Of a stretch of 64,000 nt of DNA, positions 1 through 10,950 are shown one piece after another. The DNA lies in the NCBI RefSeq assembly GCF_006345805.1, contig NC_043008.1:14756001-14820000 (forward strand), in the 5' to 3' direction. A program made the position numbers and the translations under genes. The stretch comes from Octopus sinensis (taxonomy: Eukaryota). Each line of letters begins with the position of its first letter. Positions within the stretch are counted from its first letter, which is position 1. A model generated the notes under the pieces. That model was given only the letters and a program-made list of their open reading frames with translations. It was not told the origin of the DNA and did no database searches.

Positions 1-185
1 AATCCTTGTCCGGTACCGGATCAATCCCAAAATCGAATCAGTTCATGCCAGTCAAAAGGCCAAACATCTCTGAAAGTTTCATCTGAATCCATCCAGCTGT
101 TCTTGAGATATCTTGTCCATGGACAAACAAACAAACATGACTGAAAACAATACCTCTGCCTTTGCTAAAGCAGAGGAAATAATAA
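1..185 (+). mobile_element. 3' end of a Helentron-associated (HINE/DINE-like) non-autonomous element, cut by the window edge
   Basis: AAGTTTCATCTGAATCCATCCAG...GAGATATC, an (ACAA)n tract, then the terminal stem-loop CCTCTGCCTT-TGCT-AAAGCAGAGG followed by AAATAATAA. This layout is typical of Helentron-associated elements (family call from recall). Confidence 0.5.
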
Positions 186-354
186 AACACCTTCTGACTA
201 TTGGAATCTGTCTCAGCATTTTGATAATGCAAAAAGCAACACTTCTGGTAACAACTAATATCCTGCAGAAAGTACTGTGTCTGAGGTTTTACAACTTTAT
301 AAGGAGGCAATTAAACAATCCAATGTTAACAAGATCGTCACTGTGTAAATACTT

Positions 355-1070
355 CGTAATAGTGATAATAATGGTAGTCCTTTCTGTTGAAGGCACAAGG
401 CCTGAAATTTTGGGACAGGGGACAATTTGATTACATCGACCCCTTAATTCAACTGGTATTTATTTTCATCCAAAAAGATAAAAGGCGAAGTCAACCTCGG
501 CAGAATTTGAACTCAGAACATAAAGATAGATGGGATGCTGCTAAGCATTTTGCCTGGTGTGCTAATGATTCTGCCAGCTCACTGCCTTAATAATAATAAT
601 GATAATAATAACAACAACAACAATAATAATAATAATCTTTTCTGTTATAGGCGCAAGGCCTGAACTTTTGGAGACGGTGGGGCTAGTTGATTCATTGACC
701 CAGTGTTCAACTGGTACTTATTTTAGGGACCCTGAAAGATGAAAGTCAAAGTTCACCTTGGCAGAATTTGAACTCAGGGCATAAAGATGTATGAAATGCT
801 GTTAATGAGCCTGCCATCTTGCCGCCTTAATAATGATAATAATAATAATAGTAATAATAATACTTTCTACTATGGACATGAGGCCTCAAATTTTGGGGAG
901 GGGGACAGTCAATTACATTGATCCCAGTGTTTGACTCGTACTTAATTTATCGACCCCAAACGGATGAAAGATAAAGTTGATCATGGCAAAATTTGAACTC
1001 AAAACATAGTGGTGACCAAAATATCACTAAGCATTTCGTCCAGCATGCTAACAATTCTGCCAGCCCTCCA
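355..1070 (-). mobile_element. Three adjacent copies of SINE family B (tRNA head plus Nin/Deu-like core)
   Basis: Reverse complement reads GGCGAGCTGGCAGAA...CTGAGTTCAAATTC...GGTTGACTTTGCCTTT...ATAAAATAAGTACCAG. Copies at about 355-590, 648-830 and 862-1070, separated by (AAT)n. Confidence 0.8.
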
Positions 1071-1100
1071 CGTTAATAATAATAATGATGATAACTCTCT

Positions 1101-1322
1101 TTCTCTTTTACTCTTTTACTTGTTTCAGTCATTTGACTGTGACCATGCTGGAGCACCGCCTTTAGTCAAGCAAATCAACCCCAGGACTTATTCTATCGGT
1201 CTCTTGCTGAACCGCTAAGTTATGGTGATATAAACACACCAGCATTAGTTGTCAAGCGATGTTGGGGGGACAAACACAGACACACAAACATATACACACA
1301 CATACACACATACATATATATA

Positions 1323-1368
<46 letters not shown>

Positions 1369-1530
1369 GACAGGCTTCTTTCAGTTTCTGTCTACCAAAT
1401 CCACTCACAAGGTTTTGGTCGGCCCGAGGCTATAATAGAAGACACTTGCCCAAGGTGTCATGCAGTGGGACTGAACCCGGAACCATGTGGTTGGTAAGCA
1501 AGCTACTTACCACACAACCACTCCTACGCC

Positions 1531-1531
<1 letters not shown>
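1101..1531 (-). mobile_element. Full-length SINE family A (tRNA-like head, central TA/TG microsatellite, LINE-like 3' tail)
   Basis: Head AGGCGTAGGAGTGGTTGTGTGGTAAGTAGCTTGC...GGTTCAGTCCC (A/B boxes) and tail GGCGGTGCTCCAGCATGGTCACAGTCAAATGACTGAAAC. More than 12 further copies occur in the window. Confidence 0.9.
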
Positions 1532-1563
<32 letters not shown>

Positions 1564-1789
1564 TTTTTTTCTTTATTAACTGTTAAAGCTCAAAGAGATA
1601 CAAAGAAGATAAATATGAAACTTCCACTAGGGTCACGAAGACAAAAGATAATGTAGAGTGTGAAAAACAGTATGCTTAAAAATTTCAAAGGCAAAGGGTG
1701 AGAGACATTATATACATATATGGAAGGACATATCAAAAATGTTAAAGGTGCACAAACACACACACACACACACATATATAAATACATAG

Positions 1790-2043
1790 TCCGTGTCAAT
1801 GACATGTAAAAAGCACCAACCATTTGTGACCATTTGCCAGCCTCCTCTGGCCCCTGTGCTGGTAGTACGTAAAAAGCACCCACGACACTCATGGAGTGGT
1901 TGGTGTTAGGGAGGGCATCCAGCTGTAGAAACACTGCCAGATCAGACTGGAGCCTGGCACATCTTCCTGGCTTCCCAGACCCTGGTCAAACCGTCCAACC
2001 CATACCAGCATGGAAAACGGACGTTAAACAATGATGGTGATGG
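1790..2043 (+). mobile_element. SINE-like family C (internal GGCACGTAAAAAGCACC modules, GACGTTAAAC(GAT)n tail)
   Basis: Same sequence recurs at about 6090-6490, 6660-7030, 7220-7610, 7700-8140, 12900-13150, 21345-21745, 22660-22830, 26815-26970, 27450-28060, 49620-49760, 53820-53945 and 62850-63095. Confidence 0.85.
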
Positions 2044-2919
2044 CTTGTCTGTTCATTAGGCAATCATGACCATTACTGAGAGATGTTAAGTGTCAGCCAT
2101 GCTTGTGCAATGGTACAGTGACTCGCTAACAATCCCAAGAAACCTAATGATAAGCAAAGTACAAGATTGTCAGTTCAGTAGAGCAGCAGGTTTTATATAT
2201 GAGTTAGCCTTCTCTTAGAGGGACGCCTTGACAAAGACCAGGGGTCCCTCATTTCCCCTGTGCTTACTGTGCTCTTGGACACCAGCCCTGGTATTTCTAC
2301 ATCCTGGCACATTGCAAACATACATACATCCACCCATCCATACATACATGCATGCATGCATACACTTTATAGTAAGTAAATAAGTGTAACAAAATATTCA
2401 ATATTTGAAAGAAATAAGACTGGAAAGATTTTCTGGCTCGATTGAGCTGAGCACTTCATGATTCTCTGCCATTAACAACTTCTCAGCTTGTGTTCAAGTG
2501 CAACTAGATGCACCAGTAGGCATTTTTGGGGTATTTGATTTTAGAAAACACTAGAATCTTTGAGGTTGTTCTTTTTTAAGTGCAGTATAATGTCTTAAAT
2601 TTTACTTTTACTAGCATTCTATCTCTTCCATGTCATTTATAGTGTGACCCTAACTTTCTGTGTCGTTAAAACTTCTTCTGAGAATCTATGGTACCACGGA
2701 TGCATAATTTTGCCTATTAATTGTTTGTTTGCTTTTTGAAAAACTGTAAATCTTAGTTGATCTTTGTTGTCTTCATTCTCTTTGTTATTTACCTGAGGAG
2801 AGATTTTGTTCTAATTTACAAGAAATTGTTCCTTGTTCTTCCACACCTGTACTTATTTGTTTATGTTGTATCTTTTCCGTTTTTTGTTCTTTTAAACTCT
2901 TCATACATTCCTCTATATT

Positions 2920-3060
2920 TATTACGAGCAAATCGCCCCCACCCCCATCCAATGGCCGGTGCTGAGTTGTCAAACATTTAAACCAAATTTTCTCAAAACA
3001 ACTTGTCCGACCGTCCCATAGCCCTCCCCCTTTGAGAAACACTGATTTAACCTAAATTTG
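2920..3060 (+). promoter_or_regulatory. Possible promoter-like unique island upstream of the TMEM221-like gene
   Basis: Non-repetitive and locally CpG/C-rich in an otherwise CpG-poor window. CCAAT at 2949-2953 with C-rich boxes, about 0.9 kb upstream of the candidate first coding exon. Confidence 0.2.
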
Positions 3061-3572
3061 AGACACCAGCAAAAGAAGAAATAACGATAGACTTTTTTCT
3101 GTTCTAAAGAAAAACAATTTTATTCACACAAATATGCAACCGAAGAGTTTAAAGTACCAGTAACGATTAGGCTGTTGACTGGGAGAACACAAACATGGTT
3201 TAAACATGTTATTATTATTATTATTATTATCATTATTATTATTATTATTATTATAATTATTATTATTTCAATCGCAGTGAATTTGGTAGAATCAGTAGAA
3301 TGTCAGGCTAAAAGTTTTATAATATTTATTGTGGAATTTTTCATTCTGAGTTCCAATCATGCAATGGTCAATTTTGCCTTTCGTTCTTCTTGGGTCGATA
3401 AAGTATAGAGCCGGATGCGTAACAGGGTTTTTACCATTGACTACACCCCTCCCCCAAATTTGTGGCTGTGTGCCGATGTAAGAAATCATTATTCTTATTC
3501 TTATTATTATTACAATTATTTTTATTATTAATATTATAATTTCTATTATTTTTATTATTACTATTATTATTA

Positions 3573-3658
<86 letters not shown>

Positions 3659-3904
3659 AATTATTATTTGTTTATTTTTTCTTTTATTATTTTCTGTTAT
3701 TTCATTTTCTTTTTTCTTTCTTTCTTTTTTTTTTTGTTTGTTTGTTTTTCAAACCAAACCTTTTTGTATATCTAACTTCTAAAACCTGGTCAATTCAGGC
3801 GACCTTCGGTGCACCAGTTGACCTTTGACATTGGCCGCTCTGCTGTTTTTTGGTGTGAGACAGATTCAAAGACAGGCCGTTGTTTTAGAATGATTTAGGA
3901 GAAC

Positions 3905-3963
3905 ATGAAGAAAACTGAAAACTATGAGTCACCAACATGCTTGACGTCAGACCCTTTACCCAG
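3905..3963 (+). CDS. TMEM221: Candidate first coding exon of the Jiraiya/TMEM221-like gene (MKKTENYESPTCLTSDPLP-S)
   Basis: ATG at 3905 with an in-frame TAG just upstream (3896-3898). Donor CAG|GTAATC at 3963/3964 is phase 2, matching the phase-2 acceptor at 20892. It lies in a unique-sequence island, but there is no homology support. Confidence 0.45.
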
Positions 3964-3965
3964 GT

Positions 3966-4244
3966 AATCCCACCTGCCTACCTACCTGCCTACCTACCTA
4001 CCTACCTACCTACCTACCTACGTACCAACCTACCTACCTACCTACCTACCTGCCTACCAACCTACCTATCTACCTACCTGCCTACCTACCTATTTACCTT
4101 TTTATCTACCTGCCTACCAACGTCTTTACCTACCTACCTGTCTCCTTACCTACTAAACCAATTAACAAACATACATTCTTAATTATGTTACAAATAGTTC
4201 TCTTAGAATTTCATATAATCTACCTCCTCCTCCTCCTCCTCCTC

Positions 4245-4286
<42 letters not shown>

Positions 4287-4365
4287 TTACTACTACTACT
4301 ACTACTACTACTAATAATAATAATAATAATAATAATAATATTACTACTAATATTGCTAACATATC
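3966..4365. repeat. (CCTA)n followed by (CTC/CTA/ATA)n microsatellites
   Basis: Direct reading of the sequence. Confidence 0.9.
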
Positions 4366-4398
4366 GTTGAGTTTAAAAATTAGTCACTTCGCATTTTC

Positions 4399-4433
<35 letters not shown>

Positions 4434-4627
4434 ATTCATGCTCTTTCTGAGATTAACCATTTAGTGAAGGCTGACCATTAACAGAATCAGGACGAGCTAC
4501 AAGACTGCGAGAGAAAGATTTAGCAGCATCTTTATCCATCTGTACGTTCTAAGTTCAAATACCTCCGAGAGTCGACTTTGCCTTTCGTCCTTTCAGGATC
4601 AATAAATTAAGTACCAGTCAAGCACTG

Positions 4628-4952
4628 TACTTGTACTTGTACTTGTGACGGCGTTCACCCAGTGCGGGTTGAGCCGGCTTCTTCTCTGGTCCTAACAGCA
4701 TCACGAACCGTGGCGGCCCAAGCTTGACGGTCCCGTGCGAGGTCACTGGAGATAGCAAGCCATTCGCGGTTCCATTTGCGCAGACCGACCACCTGTGGAC
4801 TTGATAGTTCGGAGAGATCCTCCTTTATTGTCATTGCCCAGGTCTTCAGCTGTCTGCCTGTGTATTTGCGCCAGCTGGGAATTGGAGGTGGGAGAAGGAC
4901 TGCGCAAATCAGCTCACCCTCTGAACGCTGAGTTGCATGACTGAACCACCAT
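4628..4952 (-). mobile_element. 5'-truncated RTE-clade LINE 3' end inserted in a family B SINE
   Basis: Minus ORF 4655-4960 has the RTE C-terminal signature (W..YTGRQLKTW...DL...W.....ARDRQAW) and a (CAAGTA)n tail. 21-bp target duplication TTAAG(T/C)ACCAGTCAAGCACTG at 4607-4627 and 4953-4973. Confidence 0.8.
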
Positions 4953-5541
4953 TTAAGCACCAGTCAAGCACTGGCATCGATGTAATTGATTATCGTCCTC
5001 CACCTAAATTCCAGGCCTTGTATCTATACCAGGAAGGATCATTATTATCAGAAAAGATTATTAACAGAAAGGATTATCAGAAAGGATTATTACTAGCAAG
5101 GATTATTGTTATCATCTAAATTATTATTAAGTTGACCTCGGTGGAATTTGAGCTCAGAACTTATGAATTCTGTCATAGTCAACTTTGCCGTTCATCCCTT
5201 CGGGGTCAATAAAATTAGTACCAGTCATAAACTGGAGTCAAGGTAATCAACTAGCCTCCTCCCTAAAAATTTCAGGCCTTGTGCCTATAATAGAAAGGAT
5301 TATTGTTGCTGTTGTTACTAGAATAATCAGCATATCAAATGAAATGTGTTAAGATATCATTTCATCATTTAACATCCATTTTCCATGCTGGCATGAGTTG
5401 AACAGTTTGATTGGAACTGGTTAGGCCAGGAGCTGCATCAGGCTCTATTGTCTGTTTTAGCAGCAAGGTTTCTATGCTGGTTGACCTTCATGCTATCAAC
5501 TACCTTGCAGAGTGTATATAAATATAAATATATATATATAC

Positions 5542-6021
5542 ATATAGAAAATAGTAAAAAGTGAAAAAACTACAGAAGGCTTGTTTTAAAAGGTTAAAAA
5601 ATATATATTTGAGTCATTATGTCAGAAGAATGTTATAAATTTTTTTCATACAGTGACATAGTTTTTGAAGAAATGACTGGTTTCGTGTATAAGTTTTCAA
5701 ATTTCTCAATTCATTGTAATGTATCATCTAGATGTGTTGCGTGCAACTACAAAACATTGTTATGATTTCGTTCGTTAACATTTCTTAACGAACGAAATCA
5801 TAACAATGTTTTGTAGTTGCACACAACACATCTAGATGATACATTACAATGAATTGAGAAATTTGAAAACTTATACACGAAACCAGTCATTTCTTCAAAA
5901 ACTATGTCACTGTATGAAAAAAATTTATAACATTCTTCTGACATAATGACTCAAATATATATTTTTTAACCTTTTAAAACAAGCCTTCTGTAGTTTTTTC
6001 ACTTTTTACTATTTTCTATAT
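5542..6021. repeat. 480-bp near-perfect palindrome (237-bp arms, 6-nt loop)
   Basis: Arms 5542-5778 and 5785-6021 are reverse complements with one mismatch seen by eye. Loop CATTTC. Confidence 0.95.
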
Positions 6022-6493
6022 ATTCAACCACGTGCTTTCACACACCAACTTTCTCACCTATATTTACATATATATACATATATATATGTTGCGAAGACAT
6101 GTTGGGGCAAGTGAAATCGAAATCGAAATTGAACCAATCCTATGACTGGCACCCGGCAGATGCCAGGACCCCTGGATTGGTGGTACGTAAAAAGCACTAT
6201 CCGAATCGTGGCCGATGCCAGCGCCGCCTCGACTGGCTTCCGTGCCGGTGGCACGTAAATTGCACCAATCCGACCGTGGCCGTTGCCAGCCTCGCCTGGC
6301 ACATGTGCGGGTGGCACGTAAAAAGCACCCACTACACTCACGGAGTGGTTGGCGTTAGGAAGGGCATCCAGCTGTAGAAACATTGCCAGATAAGACTGGA
6401 GCCTGGTGCAGCCTTCTGGCTTCCCAGATTCCCGGTCGAACCGTTCAACCCATGCTAGCATGGAGAACGAACGTTAAACGATTGATGATGATG

Positions 6494-6529
<36 letters not shown>

Positions 6530-6618
6530 ATATATATATACATATATATATAAACATATATATGCATATATATATGTATATATATACATATGTATGTATA
6601 TATGTATATATGTATGTA

Positions 6619-6669
<51 letters not shown>

Positions 6670-8702
6670 TCATCATCATTTAGCATCTGCTTTCCATGAT
6701 GGTATGGGTTAGATGGTTTGACTGTAACTCGTCAGTTGGAGAACTGCACCAAGTTCCAGTCTGGTTTTGTCATGGTTTCCACAACTGGATGCCCTCCCTA
6801 ACGCCAACCACTCCAAGAGTGTAATCGATACTTTTTATGTGCCACTGGCATGAGTGCCAGTTATGCAACACCAGCAGCAGTGGCAACGTCTATGATCTAA
6901 CTCGGTTTGATAGGTCTTCCAAGCATGGCGTACAGCCAGTGGCCTCAGTCACTTGTCATCATCTCCATGCGGCCCAGGGTTCGAAGGGTGCTTTTTACAT
7001 GCCACCAGCATCAGTCATGACTATGATTTCACTTGACTTGGAAGGTCTTCTCAAGCACAGCATATTGCCAAAGGTCACAGTCACTTGTCATTGCCTCCAT
7101 GGGGCCCAGCGTTCAAAGATCGTGCTTCACCACCTCGTCCCATATTTTCCTGGGTCTGCTTTTTCCACAGGTTCCCTCCACAGTTAGGGATTGGCACTTC
7201 TTTACACAGCTGTCTTTGCCCAATATGTATCATCATCATCATCATCATCGTTTAACGTCTGTTTTCCGTGCTAGCATGGGTTTGATGGTTCGACCAGAGT
7301 CTGGGAGGCCAGGAGGCTGCAGTCTGATCTGGCAGTGTTTCTACACCTGGATGCCCTTCCTAATGCCAACCACTCCATGAGTGTAGTGGGTGCTTTTTAT
7401 GTGCCACCGGCACAGGTGCCAGGAGAGGCTGGCAACAGCCATGATCGGTTGGTGCTTTTTACGTGCCACTAGCACGGAAGCCAGTCAAGGCGGCGCTGGC
7501 ATCAGCCACGTACGGATGGTGCTTTTTACGTGTCACCGGCACAGGTATCCAACTACAATTTCCATTTGATATTTATTTTGCTGTTGATGTACTTGACTCA
7601 GTAGGTCTCCTCAAGCACAACAGACCGTCCTGCGATCCAAGGCACTTTGGATGGACTGGGGCTTCTATGTGAAGCTGGTGCAGGAAATAGGAAATATATC
7701 ATCATCATCATCATTGTTTAACATCTGCTTTCCATGCTAGCATGGGTTGGACAGTTCAACTGGGGTCTGGGAAGCCAGAAGGCTGCACCAGGTCAGTCAG
7801 ATCTGGCAGTGTTTCTACAGCTGGATGCCCTTCCTAACGCCAACCACTTTGTGAGTATAGTGGGTGCTTTTTACGTGCCAGCTGTAGCTGGCAAACGGCC
7901 ATGCTCGGATGGTGCTTTTTACATGCCACCGGCACGGGGGCCAGGCGAGGCTGGCAACAGCCATGATTGGATGGTGTTTGTTACATGCCACAGGCATGGA
8001 GGTCAGTCAATGCGGTGCTGGCAACGGTCACGTTCGGATGGTTCTCTTACGTGCCACCGGCACTGGTATCACAACTACAAATTCCATTGATGTTGATCGA
8101 TTTCAATTTTCACTTGCCTCAACAGGTCTTCACAAGTGGAGTTTTGTGTCCCAAGAAGGAAGGTATGCACAGGTGGTCTGACAACGTTCCAGGTAGAGGC
8201 GACGGGTTATGGTCTCGGTCTCTGGTATATATATGTATATATAATACACCATCATTATCCTCATTGTTTCAGCGTCCAGTTGTCCATACTTGCATAAGTC
8301 AAATGGAAGCTTTGTCGAAGCAGATATTTCTGTGGCTCATTTCCTTTCCCGTCACAAATCGTCACCTGTTTCCAAGCAAGCTTTTATTTCCATCTAATTT
8401 AACAAACAAGAGAATTGGCAACAAGTGACACTGTTTATTTGAACAGTGATTCTTGGTGTACAGCCAGCATGCACATGTCACGATGGAAGAATACATTCTC
8501 ACTTGCACACTCACACGTGTACATACAATGAGCTTCTACACATATAGTTATATGCTTGTATATATTTTATATATACCTTGTAAGTTACACCTAATAACTT
8601 ACAAACTTCTAATTATTAAAGTGGAAAAATTATCAGAAAACCCATTCCTATTCAGTTTTTCAAATATATAATATTGTACCAAAGACTTTCTACTTCTTAT
8701 TC

Positions 8703-8738
<36 letters not shown>

Positions 8739-8759
8739 TTATAGAAGGAGCTGGAAGCT

Positions 8760-8810
8760 AGCTTCCTGATGATTTCTTTTGAATGAAACAGTTCTAGTCC
8801 TGTAGAAGCT
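8760..8810 (+). ncRNA. Minimal type I hammerhead ribozyme motif
   Basis: Stem I AGCTTC/GAAGCT; core CTGATGA (8766-8772); stem II TTC-TTTT-GAA closed by T.T; GAAAC (8785-8789); stem III CAG/CTG; cleavage triplet GTA (8802-8804). Confidence 0.65.
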
Positions 8811-8903
8811 CCTTCTATAAAATAAATTAATTTACTCTGCTATGTATTGAGTACCTTATTTACTGTGGTTAACCCCGACTCAACCCGGGACCTACATATA
8901 TAT

Positions 8904-8940
<37 letters not shown>

Positions 8941-9045
8941 TGGTAAAAACAGTAAGATAACAAAAAAGAAAGAGACCTCAATATTATGTAAATAGCGGAA
9001 TTTATCTGTAAATATAATATGTGACAATTATTCAGTAGCCAAGAT
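8941..9045 (-). mobile_element. 3' part of a hammerhead-bearing Penelope-like repeat unit, separated from its ribozyme by a SINE insertion
   Basis: Near-identical to 10871-10980. It ends ...CAGTAGCCAAGATA, and the sequence resumes as ATAAAACTCTGAG at 10746. Confidence 0.7.
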
Positions 9046-9213
9046 AGGCGCAGGAGTGGCTGTGTGGTAAGTAGCTTGCTTACCAACCACATGGTTCCGG
9101 GTTCAGTCCCACTGCGTGGCACCTTGGGCAAGTGTCTTCTACTATAGCCTCGGGCCGACCAAAACCTTGTGAGTGGATTTGGTAGACGGAAACTGGAAGA
9201 AGCCCGTCGTATA

Positions 9214-10506
9214 TATGATTTGATTTTGATTTTGATTTTTCTAGTTTCAGCTAATGAGCTGTGGCCATGCTGGGGCACCGCCATTTGGTTTGCTACACGA
9301 TTTTACCTCACGGATGCTTTTTAGCAAACGCCATCTGATGCATGAGAGAGTTCAATGCAGCTGTCCTCATCTGCACCTCCTGCCGTGAAGTTGGTTCATC
9401 TGGGACACCTGACAGAAAGAGATCCAGTCCTACTTTAAAGACATCCGCATCTACACCATGCAGGTCCCTCAGGTTCTTCGGGAGGATATTGAAGAGCTGT
9501 GGGCCTCTGAAGCCCAGGCTATCACAATATCTTGTCCTACATCTTGATGGCAAATTTGGAGTCCTTGGTACTACGCAGTGGCGTCCGGTTCTGGCATTTG
9601 TGTGACTCTCGATGCCAAAGTCTGGGACAAGTCCTTCCAGGATCTTCCAGATATATATTATGGCATATCTTTCCCGCCTACGCTCCAGGGAATAGAGCTT
9701 TAATCTCTTGAGTCTTTCCCAGTAGCTCATATGCTGCACAGAGGCTATCTTCTTCGTGTAGCTTCGTTGGATTGCCTCAAGTTCTATGATCAACTTGACA
9801 CTGGATGGTGACCATAGCTGAGAGCAATAGTCAAAGTGGCCCAGGACAAGTATCTTCCAGAGGACCATCATGGTCTCTTGTTCTCTTGTTTTAAAGGTTC
9901 TAAGAATCCATCCAGCCAGCCGTCTACATTTCATTGTCAGTTTAGCAACATGTACATGAAAGGTCGCGTCATCACTCATGTGAATACCCAGGTCACGCAC
10001 TGATTGTGCCTCTGGGATTGCAATCCCTCCGGGTCCAGTGTATTCATTGGGTATTGCATTCAGTTTTGCATGCTGATAGTATAAAGCTTGAAACTTTTCA
10101 GCATTGAACTGCATGGTATTCTTTTCAGCCCACTTGTATATTTCGTCCAGCTCACATTGCAGGTGCTTAGTGTCTTCAGGGTTCTGTATTGCCTGTGAAA
10201 CTTTTGTATCATCTGCATAACTTGTGATTGTGGCTCTCTGCGTGGCTGAGGGCATGTCTGAGAGGACCATTATGAACAGTAGCGGTCCCAAAACAGTGCC
10301 CTGCGGAACACCGCTCACTATTTGCATGTTAATGGAAGTGGCCCCATTGGCTGCTACCACCTGACTTCTATTCTTCAGAAAGTCATGAAGCCATTCTCCC
10401 AATTTTCCAACTATGCCAAGATCACGGCTGACGTCGTCTTAGGCTAACGTCTCGGGCGTCCTGCCGAACGGTCCCGGAGACATCCACCTGCCGACTGCAA
10501 GCCCTC
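9214..10506 (-). mobile_element. Young 5'-truncated LINE insertion with (ATCAAA)n tail
   Basis: Intact ORF, short 3'UTR and hexanucleotide tail at about 9217-9240. Inserted in the TA tract of a SINE. Confidence 0.85.
9308..10402 (-). CDS. Reverse transcriptase (C-terminal half of ORF2) of a 5'-truncated CR1/L2-like LINE
   Basis: Uninterrupted 364-aa ORF with GVPQGTVLGPLLF, YADD, QFNAEKFQ, DLGI and LYSLERRR motifs. In-frame homology continues to about 10429 (RDLGIVGKL). Confidence 0.9.
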   Translation of the reverse strand: MGEWLHDFLKNRSQVVAANGATSINMQIVSGVPQGTVLGPLLFIMVLSDMPSATQRATITSYADDTKVSQAIQNPEDTKHLQCELDEIYKWAEKNTMQFNAEKFQALYYQHAKLNAIPNEYTGPGGIAIPEAQSVRDLGIHMSDDATFHVHVAKLTMKCRRLAGWILRTFKTREQETMMVLWKILVLGHFDYCSQLWSPSSVKLIIELEAIQRSYTKKIASVQHMSYWERLKRLKLYSLERRRERYAIIYIWKILEGLVPDFGIESHTNARTGRHCVVPRTPNLPSRCRTRYCDSLGFRGPQLFNILPKNLRDLHGVDADVFKVGLDLFLSGVPDEPTSRQEVQMRTAALNSLMHQMAFAKKHP

Positions 10507-10507
10507 A

Positions 10508-10543
<36 letters not shown>

Positions 10544-10745
10544 TTGTGTGTCTGTGTTTGTTCCCCTAGCATTGCTTGACAACTGATGCTGGTGTGTTTA
10601 TGTCCCCGTCACTTAGCGGTTCGGCAAAAGAGACCGATAGAATAAGTACTGGGCTTACAAAGAATAAATCCCGGGGTCGAGTTGCTCGACTAAAGGCGGT
10701 GCTCCAGCATGGCCGCAGTCAAATGACTGATACAAGTAAAAGAGT

Positions 10746-10805
10746 ATAAAACTCTGAGTTTCGGATGCCGAGGTGGAAATCCACACCACCATCTCTTCAG
10801 TTATC
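10746..10805 (-). ncRNA. Type I hammerhead ribozyme motif, copy 1
   Basis: Reverse complement: GATAA CTGAAGA GATG..CATCC GAAAC TC-A-GA GTT TTAT. Core intact; G10.1-C11.1 is possible with one bulged C. Confidence 0.55.
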
Positions 10806-10836
10806 CAATGGCCTGATAACTGTTACATATATTTAC

Positions 10837-10872
<36 letters not shown>

Positions 10873-10950
10873 TGATAGAAATGGTAAAACAACAAAAGAA
10901 TGAAAGAGACCTCAATATTATGTAAATAGAGGAATTTATCTATAAATGTA

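Larger units (their letters stand above)
9046..10745 (+). mobile_element. Family A SINE split by a LINE (5' half 9046-9216, 3' half about 10507-10745)
   Basis: Head GGCGCAGGAGTGGCTGTGTGG...GCCCGTCGTATATATG precedes the LINE. (TA)n(TG)n...GACTGATACAAGTAAAAGAGT follows it. Confidence 0.85.

Noticed and set aside
6054-8428. 100-150-aa ORFs such as [10 protein letters not shown]... and MLAWVGQFNW...
   Set aside because: They are antisense translations of family C repeats that recur at every copy.
9046-9120. tRNA-like A/B-box sequences (many copies)
   Set aside because: They are SINE heads that continue into SINE bodies, with no complete cloverleaf.
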